Virus record (IMG/VR): IMGVR_UViG_3300029771_000252
Span: 1 to 16,337 of that record
Source of the DNA: a virus
Direction: 5' to 3' (one strand)
Length of the DNA: 16,337 bases
The notes under the pieces were generated by a model that searched no databases, was not told where the DNA came from, and was given only the letters and a program-made list of their open reading frames with translations. Below, one piece after another: positions 6,502 to 14,509 of this stretch. The position numbers and the translations under genes were made by a program. Within the stretch, counting starts at the first letter, position 1. Every line of letters starts with the position of its first letter.

Positions 6502-8697
6502 TTATTTCTTACCGATTTGACCCTCATCAATCCAAAATCCGCCGTGTTCTTTCAGTCGTCTTCTGACTGTTTTTTCCGACACTCCCATATATTCCGCCAT
6601 TGATTTTACTGTCACTTTATCATCAATTCCGCACGCTTCAAATGCCGTTTCAAGAGAATTTTTACGCTCGGTTTTACGTTCTGCGTCTGTTTTCTTTTTA
6701 GCAAAATTCTTCTTCCAAGTAGGCATTCCGTCATCAACCGCAATATCTTTCAGCACACCGATATTATCAATATTATGAACAGGATATTTAAACCACAGGT
6801 TTACAGGCGCAAACTTTGGGAACTCTCTAAGCGTACCCTCTATACGCCACGCACTCCGGCTTTCAACCGTTTTTCTTGCCTTACCTACATCTTCTATAAC
6901 GCACTCGTAAGCGTCGTTTTCAAGGTATTCTCGACACAATGCAAGCATTTGAGTTTCACTGCACAAATCGTCTTGTGACGCATGATACAGTTTATCGTAT
7001 TTATACAACCAACCCTCACATACTTTACATATTGCCTTATTCTTTTCCTGTTTTAATATATCGTCGTTCAATTCAAGTTCTACAAGGTCGATAAGTGCGT
7101 CTGGATCACGTGCAAACACACCCGAACCCGAAGCTCTGTCCATACTTCTTTTACCGCCTTGAGCACCTTTACTGTGATGATGACAATATATCACCGCACA
7201 GCCGAGTTCTGTACACACTTTATCAAACTGATTACAAAAATGCGCCATTTGGTCTGCACTGTTTTCGTCGCCTGTTATAACCTTATATATAGGGTCAATT
7301 ATAATCGCTATATAATTCTTTTTACTTGCTCTGCGTATAAGCTTTGGAGCAAGCTTGTCCATCGGCACACTGCGTCCTCTTAAGTTCCATATATCTATGT
7401 TGGATAAGTTGTTTGGTGTTATGCCGAGTGCGGTATAAACGTCTTTAAAACGGTGCAGACAACTTGCTCTGTCGAGTTCAAGATTAACATACATCACTCT
7501 GCCTTGTGTACAGTTCCATTCAAGCCATTTCTTTCCTTCTGCAATGGCACAGCACAATTCTATAAGTGCATATGATTTACCTGCCTTTGACGGTCCTGCT
7601 ATAAGCATTTTATGTCCCTGTCTTAAAACTCCGTCAATAAGCGGCGGTGCAAGAGAGGGCAAGTTATCCCACACGTCCGCCATACTTTCCGGATCGGGCA
7701 AATCATCATTCACGCTTTCAATCCATTCACGCCACTCATTCCAATTTTCTTTACCTATATTGGTATCAAGAAGATATTGTTTTTTACCGTTACGCATTAT
7801 GCCCGGCATACGCGATAATCTTGACGGATTTCTATTCTGAATATCAAGTTTCAATCCGTTTTTATTACACACGTTATACAGATAATCAACACGTTTTTTA
7901 TATTCTTCATATGTTGACGCGTCAATTTTTACTATTGCGTGCAGGCTCTTTTTGCCACTGTATACGAGTGCCGCAACAGGTAATTCCAATTCTGTTATAA
8001 TGGCTTTTTGTGCCGAAATGTCCATTGTATCGGATTCGACAAGTGCATATCTGAACTCCGTTACGTTTTCATTTTTTACGCCCTTACCGTCAAGAGGGTT
8101 AAACCTTATCCACGCCCCGACTTCGCTGTTATAATCGCCGAGTACACTGCCTATATCACCTTTGCATTGGTACAGTTCCTTTATAAGCTGACCTGCCGTT
8201 CTGTCATAGCAACCTTTTGACGGCAAAAATTTTCCGTCATGTTCCCAGCTTTTGGTAACGTAACCTACATTTTCATCCGGCTCAAAAAGTGTTTCGAGGT
8301 ATGTGATAATCTGCTCTGCCGGATTCCATTTCTCCGGAATATGTATCTCACTGCGTTCAATCCAATTCTTATCCACTATGACAAGTTCGTCTTTAGAACC
8401 TATTTCACTGTCCCAATCAAGCTCGGCTGATACATTTTCATAATGGTATCCGTTTTCCTTAGCCATTTGAATGATAGTTCCGGCTGTAACGGGAGCAGAT
8501 GAGCCTTGAAATGTCGTCCACTTCTTTGCACATTCACCGCTATGGTAACGGTTTACGTCTTTCATACTCCACATATCCCAATCAGATACCGTATATCCCT
8601 CGTGTTTTAGTGCCATACCTACGTTTATCCACTCTTGATAACTGCAAGTTGACGGATCAATATATTCAAGAATTTCTGTCAAATTATAATCGTTCAT
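6502..8697 (-). CDS. Replication protein: PriCT-like N-domain + AEP primase-polymerase + RecA/AAA_25-type ATPase (helicase) + C-terminal HTH
   Basis: 731 aa. The N-terminus YQEWINVGMALKHEGY...DWDMWS is PriCT-like. AEP motifs are ...VYSGKKSLHAIVKI... and ...DIQNRNPSRLSRMPG.... Walker A is IAGPSKAGKSY and Walker B-like is IAIIIDPIYKV. The C-terminal MAEYMGVSEKTVRRRLKEHG is an HTH. Confidence 0.85.
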   Translation of the reverse strand: MNDYNLTEILEYIDPSTCSYQEWINVGMALKHEGYTVSDWDMWSMKDVNRYHSGECAKKWTTFQGSSAPVTAGTIIQMAKENGYHYENVSAELDWDSEIGSKDELVIVDKNWIERSEIHIPEKWNPAEQIITYLETLFEPDENVGYVTKSWEHDGKFLPSKGCYDRTAGQLIKELYQCKGDIGSVLGDYNSEVGAWIRFNPLDGKGVKNENVTEFRYALVESDTMDISAQKAIITELELPVAALVYSGKKSLHAIVKIDASTYEEYKKRVDYLYNVCNKNGLKLDIQNRNPSRLSRMPGIMRNGKKQYLLDTNIGKENWNEWREWIESVNDDLPDPESMADVWDNLPSLAPPLIDGVLRQGHKMLIAGPSKAGKSYALIELCCAIAEGKKWLEWNCTQGRVMYVNLELDRASCLHRFKDVYTALGITPNNLSNIDIWNLRGRSVPMDKLAPKLIRRASKKNYIAIIIDPIYKVITGDENSADQMAHFCNQFDKVCTELGCAVIYCHHHSKGAQGGKRSMDRASGSGVFARDPDALIDLVELELNDDILKQEKNKAICKVCEGWLYKYDKLYHASQDDLCSETQMLALCREYLENDAYECVIEDVGKARKTVESRSAWRIEGTLREFPKFAPVNLWFKYPVHNIDNIGVLKDIAVDDGMPTWKKNFAKKKTDAERKTERKNSLETAFEACGIDDKVTVKSMAEYMGVSEKTVRRRLKEHGGFWIDEGQIGKK

Positions 8698-8709
8698 ATC
8701 TTAATTCCT

Positions 8710-10281
8710 TTAATATTCACTCGGATTTATCCCCGACGGTATTCGCCAACCGTTTGCGGCAATTCTGTCAATAAGATTTTTTGCTTTTTCAAACTCCCAA
8801 ACACCGACGTGCTGAAAACCTCGACTTTCAAGAAAGCGTATTTGCTTTGGAGTTGTAAGTCCTGCCACACGTCTTTTCTCCAATCGTTCAAGCAGTTTGG
8901 TTGCCTTACCTGCGTTATCTATTTCATCAGGGAATATTCCGTATTTTTCAAGTACCTTTATTTGTTTGTCTGACGGAGGTGACATTTCCCAACCGAATGT
9001 CGGTACATATCCCGATAAATCTTCGGCTTGTATGCTCATTTCAAATTGCAGAGGATCAACCAATTTACGCTTACGTTTCTTCATTTCCGCAAGAAGATTT
9101 GCAAGTGCCTCTTCTCTTTGTGCAACTACATCTTCGCTTGCCTTTTCCTCTGCCTCTTCTATGTCAACAGGATAACCCGCATTTTCGATATTCTCCGTCA
9201 TTTTTACGGCAACTTCTTCATTTTCGCAAATCAAATGTGCGGGGTGACACAGTTCGTGTCGTTCCGTATGCCATAAAAAATCGAGTAAAAGTAAGTGGTC
9301 CTTATTCGGTGCAAGTCTTGTTCCGCGTCCTACCATTTGACTGTACAAACTGCGTACTTTTGTAGGTCTTAATATGACAACGCAATCAACATCAGGGCAA
9401 TCCCAACCCTCTGTCAAAAGCATTGAATTGCACAATACGTTATACTTATTGTTTTCAAAATCATTTAATATTTCTGCTCTTTCTTTGCTTTCGCCGTTTA
9501 CTTCCGCCGCTTTAAATCCTTTTTCGTTCAGAATATCTCTAAACTTTTTACTCGTCTTTACAAGTGGCAGAAATACAACTGTTTTTCTGTTTTTGCAGTG
9601 CTTTGTCATTTCATCGGCTATCTGATACAAATACGGATCCAGTGCCGTACTTAAATCACTTGATTTAAAATCACCCGCTTGCATACCTACGCCTGTCAAA
9701 TCAAGTTTTAACGGAATTGTCAGAGCCTTTATCGGACTTAAATATCCCTCTTTAATAGCTTTGGGAAGTGTATACTCATATGCAAGGCTTTCAAAAACCT
9801 GTCCGAGATTTTTCATATCGCCTCTGTCGGGTGTTGCCGTAACTCCTAATACCTTTGCGTCACAAAAATGGTCTAATACACGTCTGTAACTGTCGGATAT
9901 GCAATGATGTGCCTCGTCTATTATAATGGTATCAAAGTAATTACTTTTGAATTGATTTAATCTTTTTTCACGCATTAGTGTTTGTACCGAACCTACAACT
10001 ACTCTGTACCAACTTCCTATACAGCTTTCCTCTGCCTTTTCCGTTGCACAACCTAAGCCGGTTGTTTTCATAATCTTGTCAGACGCTTGTTCCAACAGTT
10101 CCCCACGATGTGCAAGTATTAAAACACGCTGACCTTTTCGCACACATTCTTCCGTTATTTTTGCAAAAACTATTGTTTTACCGCACCCTGTCGGAAGAAC
10201 GAGCAATGTTTTATTACAGCCGTTCTCCCACTCGCGGAAAACGGCTGATTTAGCTTCATTTTGATATGGTCTTAATTCCAT
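8710..10281 (-). CDS. Superfamily-2 DEAD/DEAH-box helicase (ResIII + Helicase_C) with a duplicated C-terminal helical motif
   Basis: Motif I is LPTGCGKT, motif II is IIIDEAHH, and there are TATP and QMVGRGTR motifs. The C-terminal 87 aa contain two similar ~31-aa units (SDKQIKVLEKYG... and TPKQIRFLESRG...). Confidence 0.9.
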   Translation of the reverse strand: MELRPYQNEAKSAVFREWENGCNKTLLVLPTGCGKTIVFAKITEECVRKGQRVLILAHRGELLEQASDKIMKTTGLGCATEKAEESCIGSWYRVVVGSVQTLMREKRLNQFKSNYFDTIIIDEAHHCISDSYRRVLDHFCDAKVLGVTATPDRGDMKNLGQVFESLAYEYTLPKAIKEGYLSPIKALTIPLKLDLTGVGMQAGDFKSSDLSTALDPYLYQIADEMTKHCKNRKTVVFLPLVKTSKKFRDILNEKGFKAAEVNGESKERAEILNDFENNKYNVLCNSMLLTEGWDCPDVDCVVILRPTKVRSLYSQMVGRGTRLAPNKDHLLLLDFLWHTERHELCHPAHLICENEEVAVKMTENIENAGYPVDIEEAEEKASEDVVAQREEALANLLAEMKKRKRKLVDPLQFEMSIQAEDLSGYVPTFGWEMSPPSDKQIKVLEKYGIFPDEIDNAGKATKLLERLEKRRVAGLTTPKQIRFLESRGFQHVGVWEFEKAKNLIDRIAANGWRIPSGINPSEY

Positions 10282-10294
10282 TTATGACACCGCC

Positions 10295-10771
10295 TTAAAA
10301 ACTTCCCGGAGTAAATGACGACGCAGGTGATTGCGTTGGTTCGGCTTGTGTTCCTGTCGGCTCATAGAATTTTTTGATTTCATTGGATTTTAAGACTTCA
10401 CCTGTCTTAGTGCTTGTATATTCATGTATACCGATTTTACATCTGCCTGTTGCTCCGACAACCGCACTCCAATTCATACGGCACTTTTCGCCATGCTTTC
10501 TCTGTCCTATTGCGGTAAAAAATGCACAAAGCATTCCCTCTGTTTTGGTATGTAAAAACAGGTTGTGTTTAATCGTACCTTGATTACCTTTGCCGTCTGC
10601 AACGTTTAATGTTATAATCGCTTTATTGCACGGCGGAAGTTTAGCACTTCCTTGATGTCTGCCACGCTCAAAGCCTGTTACCGTAAATTTATAATCACCG
10701 TCGGGCAATATTTGAAACTCATTGTCGTTTTCTATTTCATCATCCCAACCAAATTCTCTTTCTTCTGCCAT
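10295..10771 (-). CDS. DUF669-like phage protein (proposed ssDNA-binding partner of AAA_24 recombinases)
   Basis: 158 aa. The N-terminal ...FQILPDGDYKFTVTGFERG... pattern and its position between an AAA_24 ATPase and a helicase are typical of DUF669. The start ATG overlaps the upstream stop (TAATG). Confidence 0.6.
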   Translation of the reverse strand: MAEEREFGWDDEIENDNEFQILPDGDYKFTVTGFERGRHQGSAKLPPCNKAIITLNVADGKGNQGTIKHNLFLHTKTEGMLCAFFTAIGQRKHGEKCRMNWSAVVGATGRCKIGIHEYTSTKTGEVLKSNEIKKFYEPTGTQAEPTQSPASSFTPGSF

Positions 10772-11901
10772 TATTCGTTACCTCCTTGAAATACATTCTC
10801 ATTTCTCATTTTCTTTATAATCTCAAATACTTGATTCCATGCTCCTACCAATACACCGTTGATAAAATCAGCGTCGTAATTTTCTATCGGTGTATCTTCG
10901 GGATAATAACCCTTATACGCAACTGCCTGTCTGATTTCTGCGTCTGTTACCTTATTAATCTGCATTAAATCCGACAATGCTTTCGGTATATTTCCGTTCG
11001 GCATATCAAACGATTGTGCCGGTGTATCAAATTCTTTTCTTTCGTCTGATACGTTGTTGTCAATCGGCGGTGCAGGCGGTGCAACTGTCGTTTTTTGTGG
11101 TGGTGTGACTACCTGTGAAACAGTCGGCTCTATATGCGGTGCGACTGTCGGTGTAACCGCTTGTGTCGGTGCATTATTTTTAAAACAATGTGCAATTCGT
11201 TCATATTCAAACGGCATTTCGTCCGGAAGATTATGACGGTTCTTTGCGTCCCAACAAGGGTGATGTGTGGTGTACATTGTTCTTGTACCGCCCTGTGCCT
11301 TATGCTTTGTTCCTTTGTCGTCAGTCGCTACAGAAAATGTTTTATAATTGACAAATAAAATCATATCCGCCCACTCTTTCAAAATAGGTGAAATCTGCGA
11401 GCTTGTTTTTTTGCCGAGTTTCAACTCCCAACGGTCATATGCTCCCATTTCGTCCGGCTGTTCAAATTTGCGCAACTGTGCATGAGCCGTCAAAACTACA
11501 TTGATACCCAATTCAATCAATTCATCAAGTGAATTTAAAAATCTGCCTATTTCCTCTAATTCGTACACATATCCCGAACCATATCCGAAATCTTCAATAC
11601 TTTTTTTGTTATTATCTGCGCATATCTTTGCAATACAAAGTCTTTCCGCCCAGTCAAAAGTATCTATAATGTATGTTTTGCATACAGTCGGATTTGCTTT
11701 GACATATGCTACTTCCTCTTTTAGCAATGTCCAAGAGGTAGGCTTAGGCAAACGTCTTACGTCCATATGTTTTGTACTGCCCTCTGTATCCGAAAACAGA
11801 GGACTTGGGAACTTCGACGCAAACGTCGATTTGCCTATTCCCTCCGGACCGTATATGATTACTTTTTGTGCCGATTCGATTTTTCCGCTTGTAATATCCA
11901 T
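10771..11901 (-). CDS. AAA_24 / Sak4-like RecA-family ATPase with a Pro/Thr/Val-rich linker and an extra C-terminal domain
   Basis: KVIIYGPEGIGKSTFASKFPSPLFSDTEGS is the AAA_24 N-terminal Walker A region. ATG at 11901 (MDITSGK) lies 7 nt after GAGGGAG and overlaps the upstream stop (TAATG). The track start 11922 is TTG. The linker, in track-ORF numbering (start 11922), is aa 251-290 = nt 11053-11172. A ~93-aa tail follows it. Confidence 0.8.
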   Translation of the reverse strand: MDITSGKIESAQKVIIYGPEGIGKSTFASKFPSPLFSDTEGSTKHMDVRRLPKPTSWTLLKEEVAYVKANPTVCKTYIIDTFDWAERLCIAKICADNNKKSIEDFGYGSGYVYELEEIGRFLNSLDELIELGINVVLTAHAQLRKFEQPDEMGAYDRWELKLGKKTSSQISPILKEWADMILFVNYKTFSVATDDKGTKHKAQGGTRTMYTTHHPCWDAKNRHNLPDEMPFEYERIAHCFKNNAPTQAVTPTVAPHIEPTVSQVVTPPQKTTVAPPAPPIDNNVSDERKEFDTPAQSFDMPNGNIPKALSDLMQINKVTDAEIRQAVAYKGYYPEDTPIENYDADFINGVLVGAWNQVFEIIKKMRNENVFQGGNE

Positions 11902-13169
11902 TAAAATTCTCCCTCTTTCCAAGTTTTTGTCGCATTAGGTGTTGCTGTGCTTGATTCGCTTGAATATCCGTCCTCAATGATGATACTGCATTCTTCACCT
12001 GTACTTACTCTTGTGGCTATTGCCTGCAATCCCTCTTTTTCAAGCCATTCGCCGAACTCTTTTAATGTGTCGGTATCCATTTGCTCCAATTTGTCAAGAA
12101 GTACAAAACCACAATCGGGATTGAGCTTTCTGACAATAGCCGTTGATACTTTCATCTGCTCCGCACCGCTCATGTTATCCCACTTAAAGCCTTTGTATGT
12201 AAGCTCGCCGTCCTCAACCGACAATCCATCAAGTGGCAGATTTGCATTCTTCAATAAATTTGTCTTTTCTGTACGAACGTTACTAATAGCTGTGGTAAGC
12301 TCGTCATACTTGTCCTTGTATTCTTTCGCTTCTTCTTCGGCTTTGTCTTTATCCATATTTGCACGAACTTTAATGTTTATCTGCTCAATGTTCTTGATGT
12401 TCTGTTCAAGTTCTTCGGTTGATTCGTCGTGCAAATCAAGTGCCGATTTTTGTGCAATTTCAAGATCCGAAAGTACAACATCAAGTTGTGATTGAAGATT
12501 TGTAATCTGTGCTTTTAATTCTTCGGAACGTTTCAAAAGTGATTGTGCTTTTTCGCGCTTGCGTTGATTTTCACCATTCTTTGCAAGTATCTCCTGTTGC
12601 TTTAGGATAAGTTCCGAGATTGAAATAAGTTCTTTCGGTGCTTCGGGATAATCGACTATTTCTTCCGCAAACTTCTTCTTTTGGTCTGCTATTCTGCCGA
12701 TTGCGGTACGTTCGTTGTAAAGTTGTTTTTCTCTGTTTTCAATTTCATATAACTGCTCTCCAACACCGATTACTTGAAGTAGTATCTCTGCTTTTTCCTT
12801 TGATGTGCCTTGCATAAATTTCGGCAAGTCCAATGCAAATTGTTCGATAAATTCGTTTAAAAGCTGTTGACCGCCTTTGTTACCGTTCGGATCTATTACT
12901 TTCAATGCACTGTTCTTGCCTTTACGTTCTACAATTAAACCGTTTGACAATTCAATATGAAGAATAGGCGGAATGACCGAGCCGTCACGCTGTGGTTGTG
13001 ACGGACGGTATTTGTCACCGCCCAACGCCCACGCTATACTGTCTATGACAGAAGTTTTACCCTGTCCGTTTTTACCTCCGATAACAGTTAAACCATTCTG
13101 TGCCGGCTCAAGTTTTACCGCCTTTATTCGCTTGACATTTTCAAGCTGTAATTCATTTATCTTTATCAT
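11901..13169 (-). CDS. SMC/RecF/SbcC-like ATPase (AAA_23-type) with a central coiled coil
   Basis: MIKINELQLENVKRIKAVKLEPAQNGLTVIGGKNGQGKTSVIDSI is an SMC-type N-terminus with a Walker A. A long K/E/Q-rich coiled-coil lies in the middle. SGAEQMKVS (signature-like) and FVLLDKLEQMD (Walker B) are near the C-terminus. ATG at 13169 follows AAAGGAA. The ATG at 13205 has no SD. Confidence 0.8.
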   Translation of the reverse strand: MIKINELQLENVKRIKAVKLEPAQNGLTVIGGKNGQGKTSVIDSIAWALGGDKYRPSQPQRDGSVIPPILHIELSNGLIVERKGKNSALKVIDPNGNKGGQQLLNEFIEQFALDLPKFMQGTSKEKAEILLQVIGVGEQLYEIENREKQLYNERTAIGRIADQKKKFAEEIVDYPEAPKELISISELILKQQEILAKNGENQRKREKAQSLLKRSEELKAQITNLQSQLDVVLSDLEIAQKSALDLHDESTEELEQNIKNIEQINIKVRANMDKDKAEEEAKEYKDKYDELTTAISNVRTEKTNLLKNANLPLDGLSVEDGELTYKGFKWDNMSGAEQMKVSTAIVRKLNPDCGFVLLDKLEQMDTDTLKEFGEWLEKEGLQAIATRVSTGEECSIIIEDGYSSESSTATPNATKTWKEGEF

Positions 13170-13229
13170 TGATTTTCGTTCCTTTCTGTGATATAATGTT
13201 GACATAGATTAATAATCTATGTGCTTTTG

Positions 13230-13430
13230 TTATTTGACCGTTATAGAGTTGCCGCTCTGACGGTCATTTTCTTTTATAATCTTTGCGACACTCATTTCAA
13301 GCGGGTGCTTTGACTTGATACGATTTGTTATCCCGTATCCTTTTGCTATGTATGCCTTAACCGACTTGTTGTCATCGGCATTCAAAACCACAACATCATC
13401 TCTGCCCGTCATTACTACATATTTGTTCAT
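13230..13430 (-). CDS. Hypothetical phage protein, 66 aa
   Basis: ATG at 13430 lies 9 nt after AAAGGAA. Composition is reasonable and it is co-oriented with its neighbours. Confidence 0.6.
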   Translation of the reverse strand: MNKYVVMTGRDDVVVLNADDNKSVKAYIAKGYGITNRIKSKHPLEMSVAKIIKENDRQSGNSITVK

Positions 13431-13572
13431 TTGAAAATATTCCTTTCACTATATAATTTTGATTAGGGTGTCCCTTGCATTCTTTGGCGAACGCATTAAT
13501 CATCGGAAATACTTCTCTGTGGAAATATTCTTCCGTTTTCTCATTCTCTGTTTTTGGTTTTCTTTTTAGCAT
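13396..13572 (-). CDS. Possible small ORF, 58 aa
   Basis: Hand-translated: MLKRKPKTENEKTEEYFHREVFPMINAFAKECKGHPNQNYIVKGIFSNEQICSNDGQR. ATG at 13572 follows AAAGGGAC. It overlaps both neighbouring ORFs (32 nt and 35 nt), so it is uncertain. Confidence 0.3.
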   Translation of the reverse strand: MLKRKPKTENEKTEEYFHREVFPMINAFAKECKGHPNQNYIVKGIFSNEQICSNDGQR

Positions 13573-13654
13573 TTTTTATGTCCCTTTCTGCCAATTTCCA
13601 ACTTATGATTAGTCCGATACCGAAACTAATCAGCGCAATTCCTATTGTGTTCAT
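13541..13654 (-). CDS. Small single-pass membrane peptide, 37 aa
   Basis: Hand-translated: MNTIGIALISFGIGLIISWKLAERDIKNAKKKTKNRE. It has a hydrophobic N-terminal helix and a Lys-rich tail. ATG at 13654 lies 6 nt after GAGGAAAA. It is immediately downstream (minus sense) of the long hairpin at 13677-13777. Confidence 0.45.
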   Translation of the reverse strand: MNTIGIALISFGIGLIISWKLAERDIKNAKKKTKNRE

Positions 13655-13676
13655 TTGTTTTCCTCATTTCTCTTAC

Positions 13677-13777
13677 CTCACAGGCACACAGGAACTGTCC
13701 GCAAAAGGATTAAAACTCTTAGGGAAAGTCTAACTATTTTACGGATAATACGCGGACAGCCCTTGTCTGCCTGTGAG
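13677..13777 (-). other. 101-nt rod-like hairpin (26-nt arms) in an intergenic spacer; candidate structured RNA or leader
   Basis: The arms are CTCACAGGCACACAGGAACTGTCCGC (13677-13702) and GCGGACAGCCCTTGTCTGCCTGTGAG (13752-13777). Read as minus-strand RNA, 24 of 26 positions pair, including two G-U wobbles. Read as plus-strand RNA, those wobbles become C-A mismatches, leaving 22 of 26. The 49-nt loop nests further stems (TAAAA/TTTTA, TTAG/CTAA). Confidence 0.5.
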
Positions 13778-13797
13778 CTTGTCCTATCTTCGGAGCA

Positions 13798-14031
13798 TTA
13801 AGCTCCTTTTTCCTTGTTTGCTTGAATAGCATTGTACTCGTCAATCATCTCCTGCGACGGCTCAACCGTTACGTCACCATACCCAAGCATATGATACATA
13901 TTTTCTATATGAGGTTTCCAATGCTGAAACTGTTCATAAGCGGGTCTGTCTTTCCAACTGCCTACCACTTCAACGTGTACTTTAGGTTGCTTTCTCGGCT
14001 TTCTTGCCTTTTTGGTCTTTTCCGCCTCCAT
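13798..14031 (-). CDS. Hypothetical phage protein, 77 aa
   Basis: The track ORF starts at GTG 14040, but ATG at 14031 lies 8 nt after GGAGGTG. The N-terminus is basic (KTKKARKPRKQPK). Confidence 0.65.
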   Translation of the reverse strand: MEAEKTKKARKPRKQPKVHVEVVGSWKDRPAYEQFQHWKPHIENMYHMLGYGDVTVEPSQEMIDEYNAIQANKEKGA

Positions 14032-14089
14032 GATTTCCACCTCCTGCTTTAATCTATGTATTTCATTTTTTGTCCTATTACTTTGTACC

Positions 14090-14251
14090 TTATTTAATTG
14101 GTATTAAGCAAACATCTCCAACTATTTTTACACCTTTTTCCGATACTTCTACTTTGCAATATGGATTATAATTTTCTTTTAGAAATTTGATTAATGGCAT
14201 TGCCAGCAGTTTTAGTTCATCTTTTAATTCATTTTCTTTTTCATCTTCCAT
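14090..14251 (-). CDS. Small acidic protein, 53 aa (leftward gene of cassette copy 1)
   Basis: Hand-translated: MEDEKENELKDELKLLAMPLIKFLKENYNPYCKVEVSEKGVKIVGDVCLIPIK. ATG at 14251 lies 6 nt after AGGTG, which is supplied by the conserved cassette. Confidence 0.5.
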   Translation of the reverse strand: MEDEKENELKDELKLLAMPLIKFLKENYNPYCKVEVSEKGVKIVGDVCLIPIK

Positions 14252-14257
14252 TTTTCT

Positions 14258-14283
14258 CACCTACTTTCTTATATTACCTACGT
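14258..14283. repeat. Cassette copy 1: CACCTACTTTCTTATATTACCTACGT (26/26 identical to copies 2 and 3)
   Basis: Exact 26-mer read directly. The minus strand reads ACGTAGGTAATATAAGAAAGTAGGTG and provides the SD for the 53-aa ORF. The plus-strand promoter -35 starts 4 nt to its right. Confidence 0.95.
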
Positions 14284-14286
14284 CGA

Positions 14287-14315
14287 TTGTATTTTTTAAC
14301 CATTTGTGCTATAAT
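14287..14315 (+). promoter_or_regulatory. Rightward sigma-A-type promoter with extended -10
   Basis: TTGTAT (14287-14292), a 17-nt spacer, TGc, then TATAAT (14310-14315). The predicted TSS is ~14322, giving a short leader onto GGAAGGAGGTG. Confidence 0.55.
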
Positions 14316-14338
14316 CATCTCGGAAGGAGGTGATTATA

Positions 14339-14509
14339 ATGTCAACGTCTTTTGAAGAATTTTCTAAAATCATATTAGAGAAGTATAGTAAAACTCCGGA
14401 TGAATGTGATCCCTATACTAATTTTGCATTACTTATGAAACAAACATCTGCAAGTGTTACTTTAGACATTCTTAATGAGTATCACAAAACCTTTATTGAG
14501 AAGAAATAG
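14339..14509 (+). CDS. Plus-strand small protein, 56 aa, antisense to the early operon
   Basis: Hand-translated: MSTSFEEFSKIILEKYSKTPDECDPYTNFALLMKQTSASVTLDILNEYHKTFIEKK. It has the strongest SD in the region (GGAAGGAGGTG, 7 nt before the ATG), its own promoter and a downstream hairpin/T-run. Confidence 0.6.
   Translation: MSTSFEEFSKIILEKYSKTPDECDPYTNFALLMKQTSASVTLDILNEYHKTFIEKK

Noticed and set aside
11744-11998. 84-aa minus-strand ORF across the SMC-like/AAA_24 junction
   Set aside because: It is out of frame with two strongly supported genes that are already translationally coupled (TAATG). It has no SD and a biased composition.
11947-12495. 182-aa plus-strand ORF (and similar ones at 8901-9365, 11501-11938, 4200-4601, 7647-8000, 2370-2666)
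   Set aside because: All lie antisense to well-supported minus-strand genes that have clear motifs. They have Ser/Leu/Phe/Cys-rich low-complexity composition and no SD. These are typical shadow ORFs of AT-rich coding DNA.
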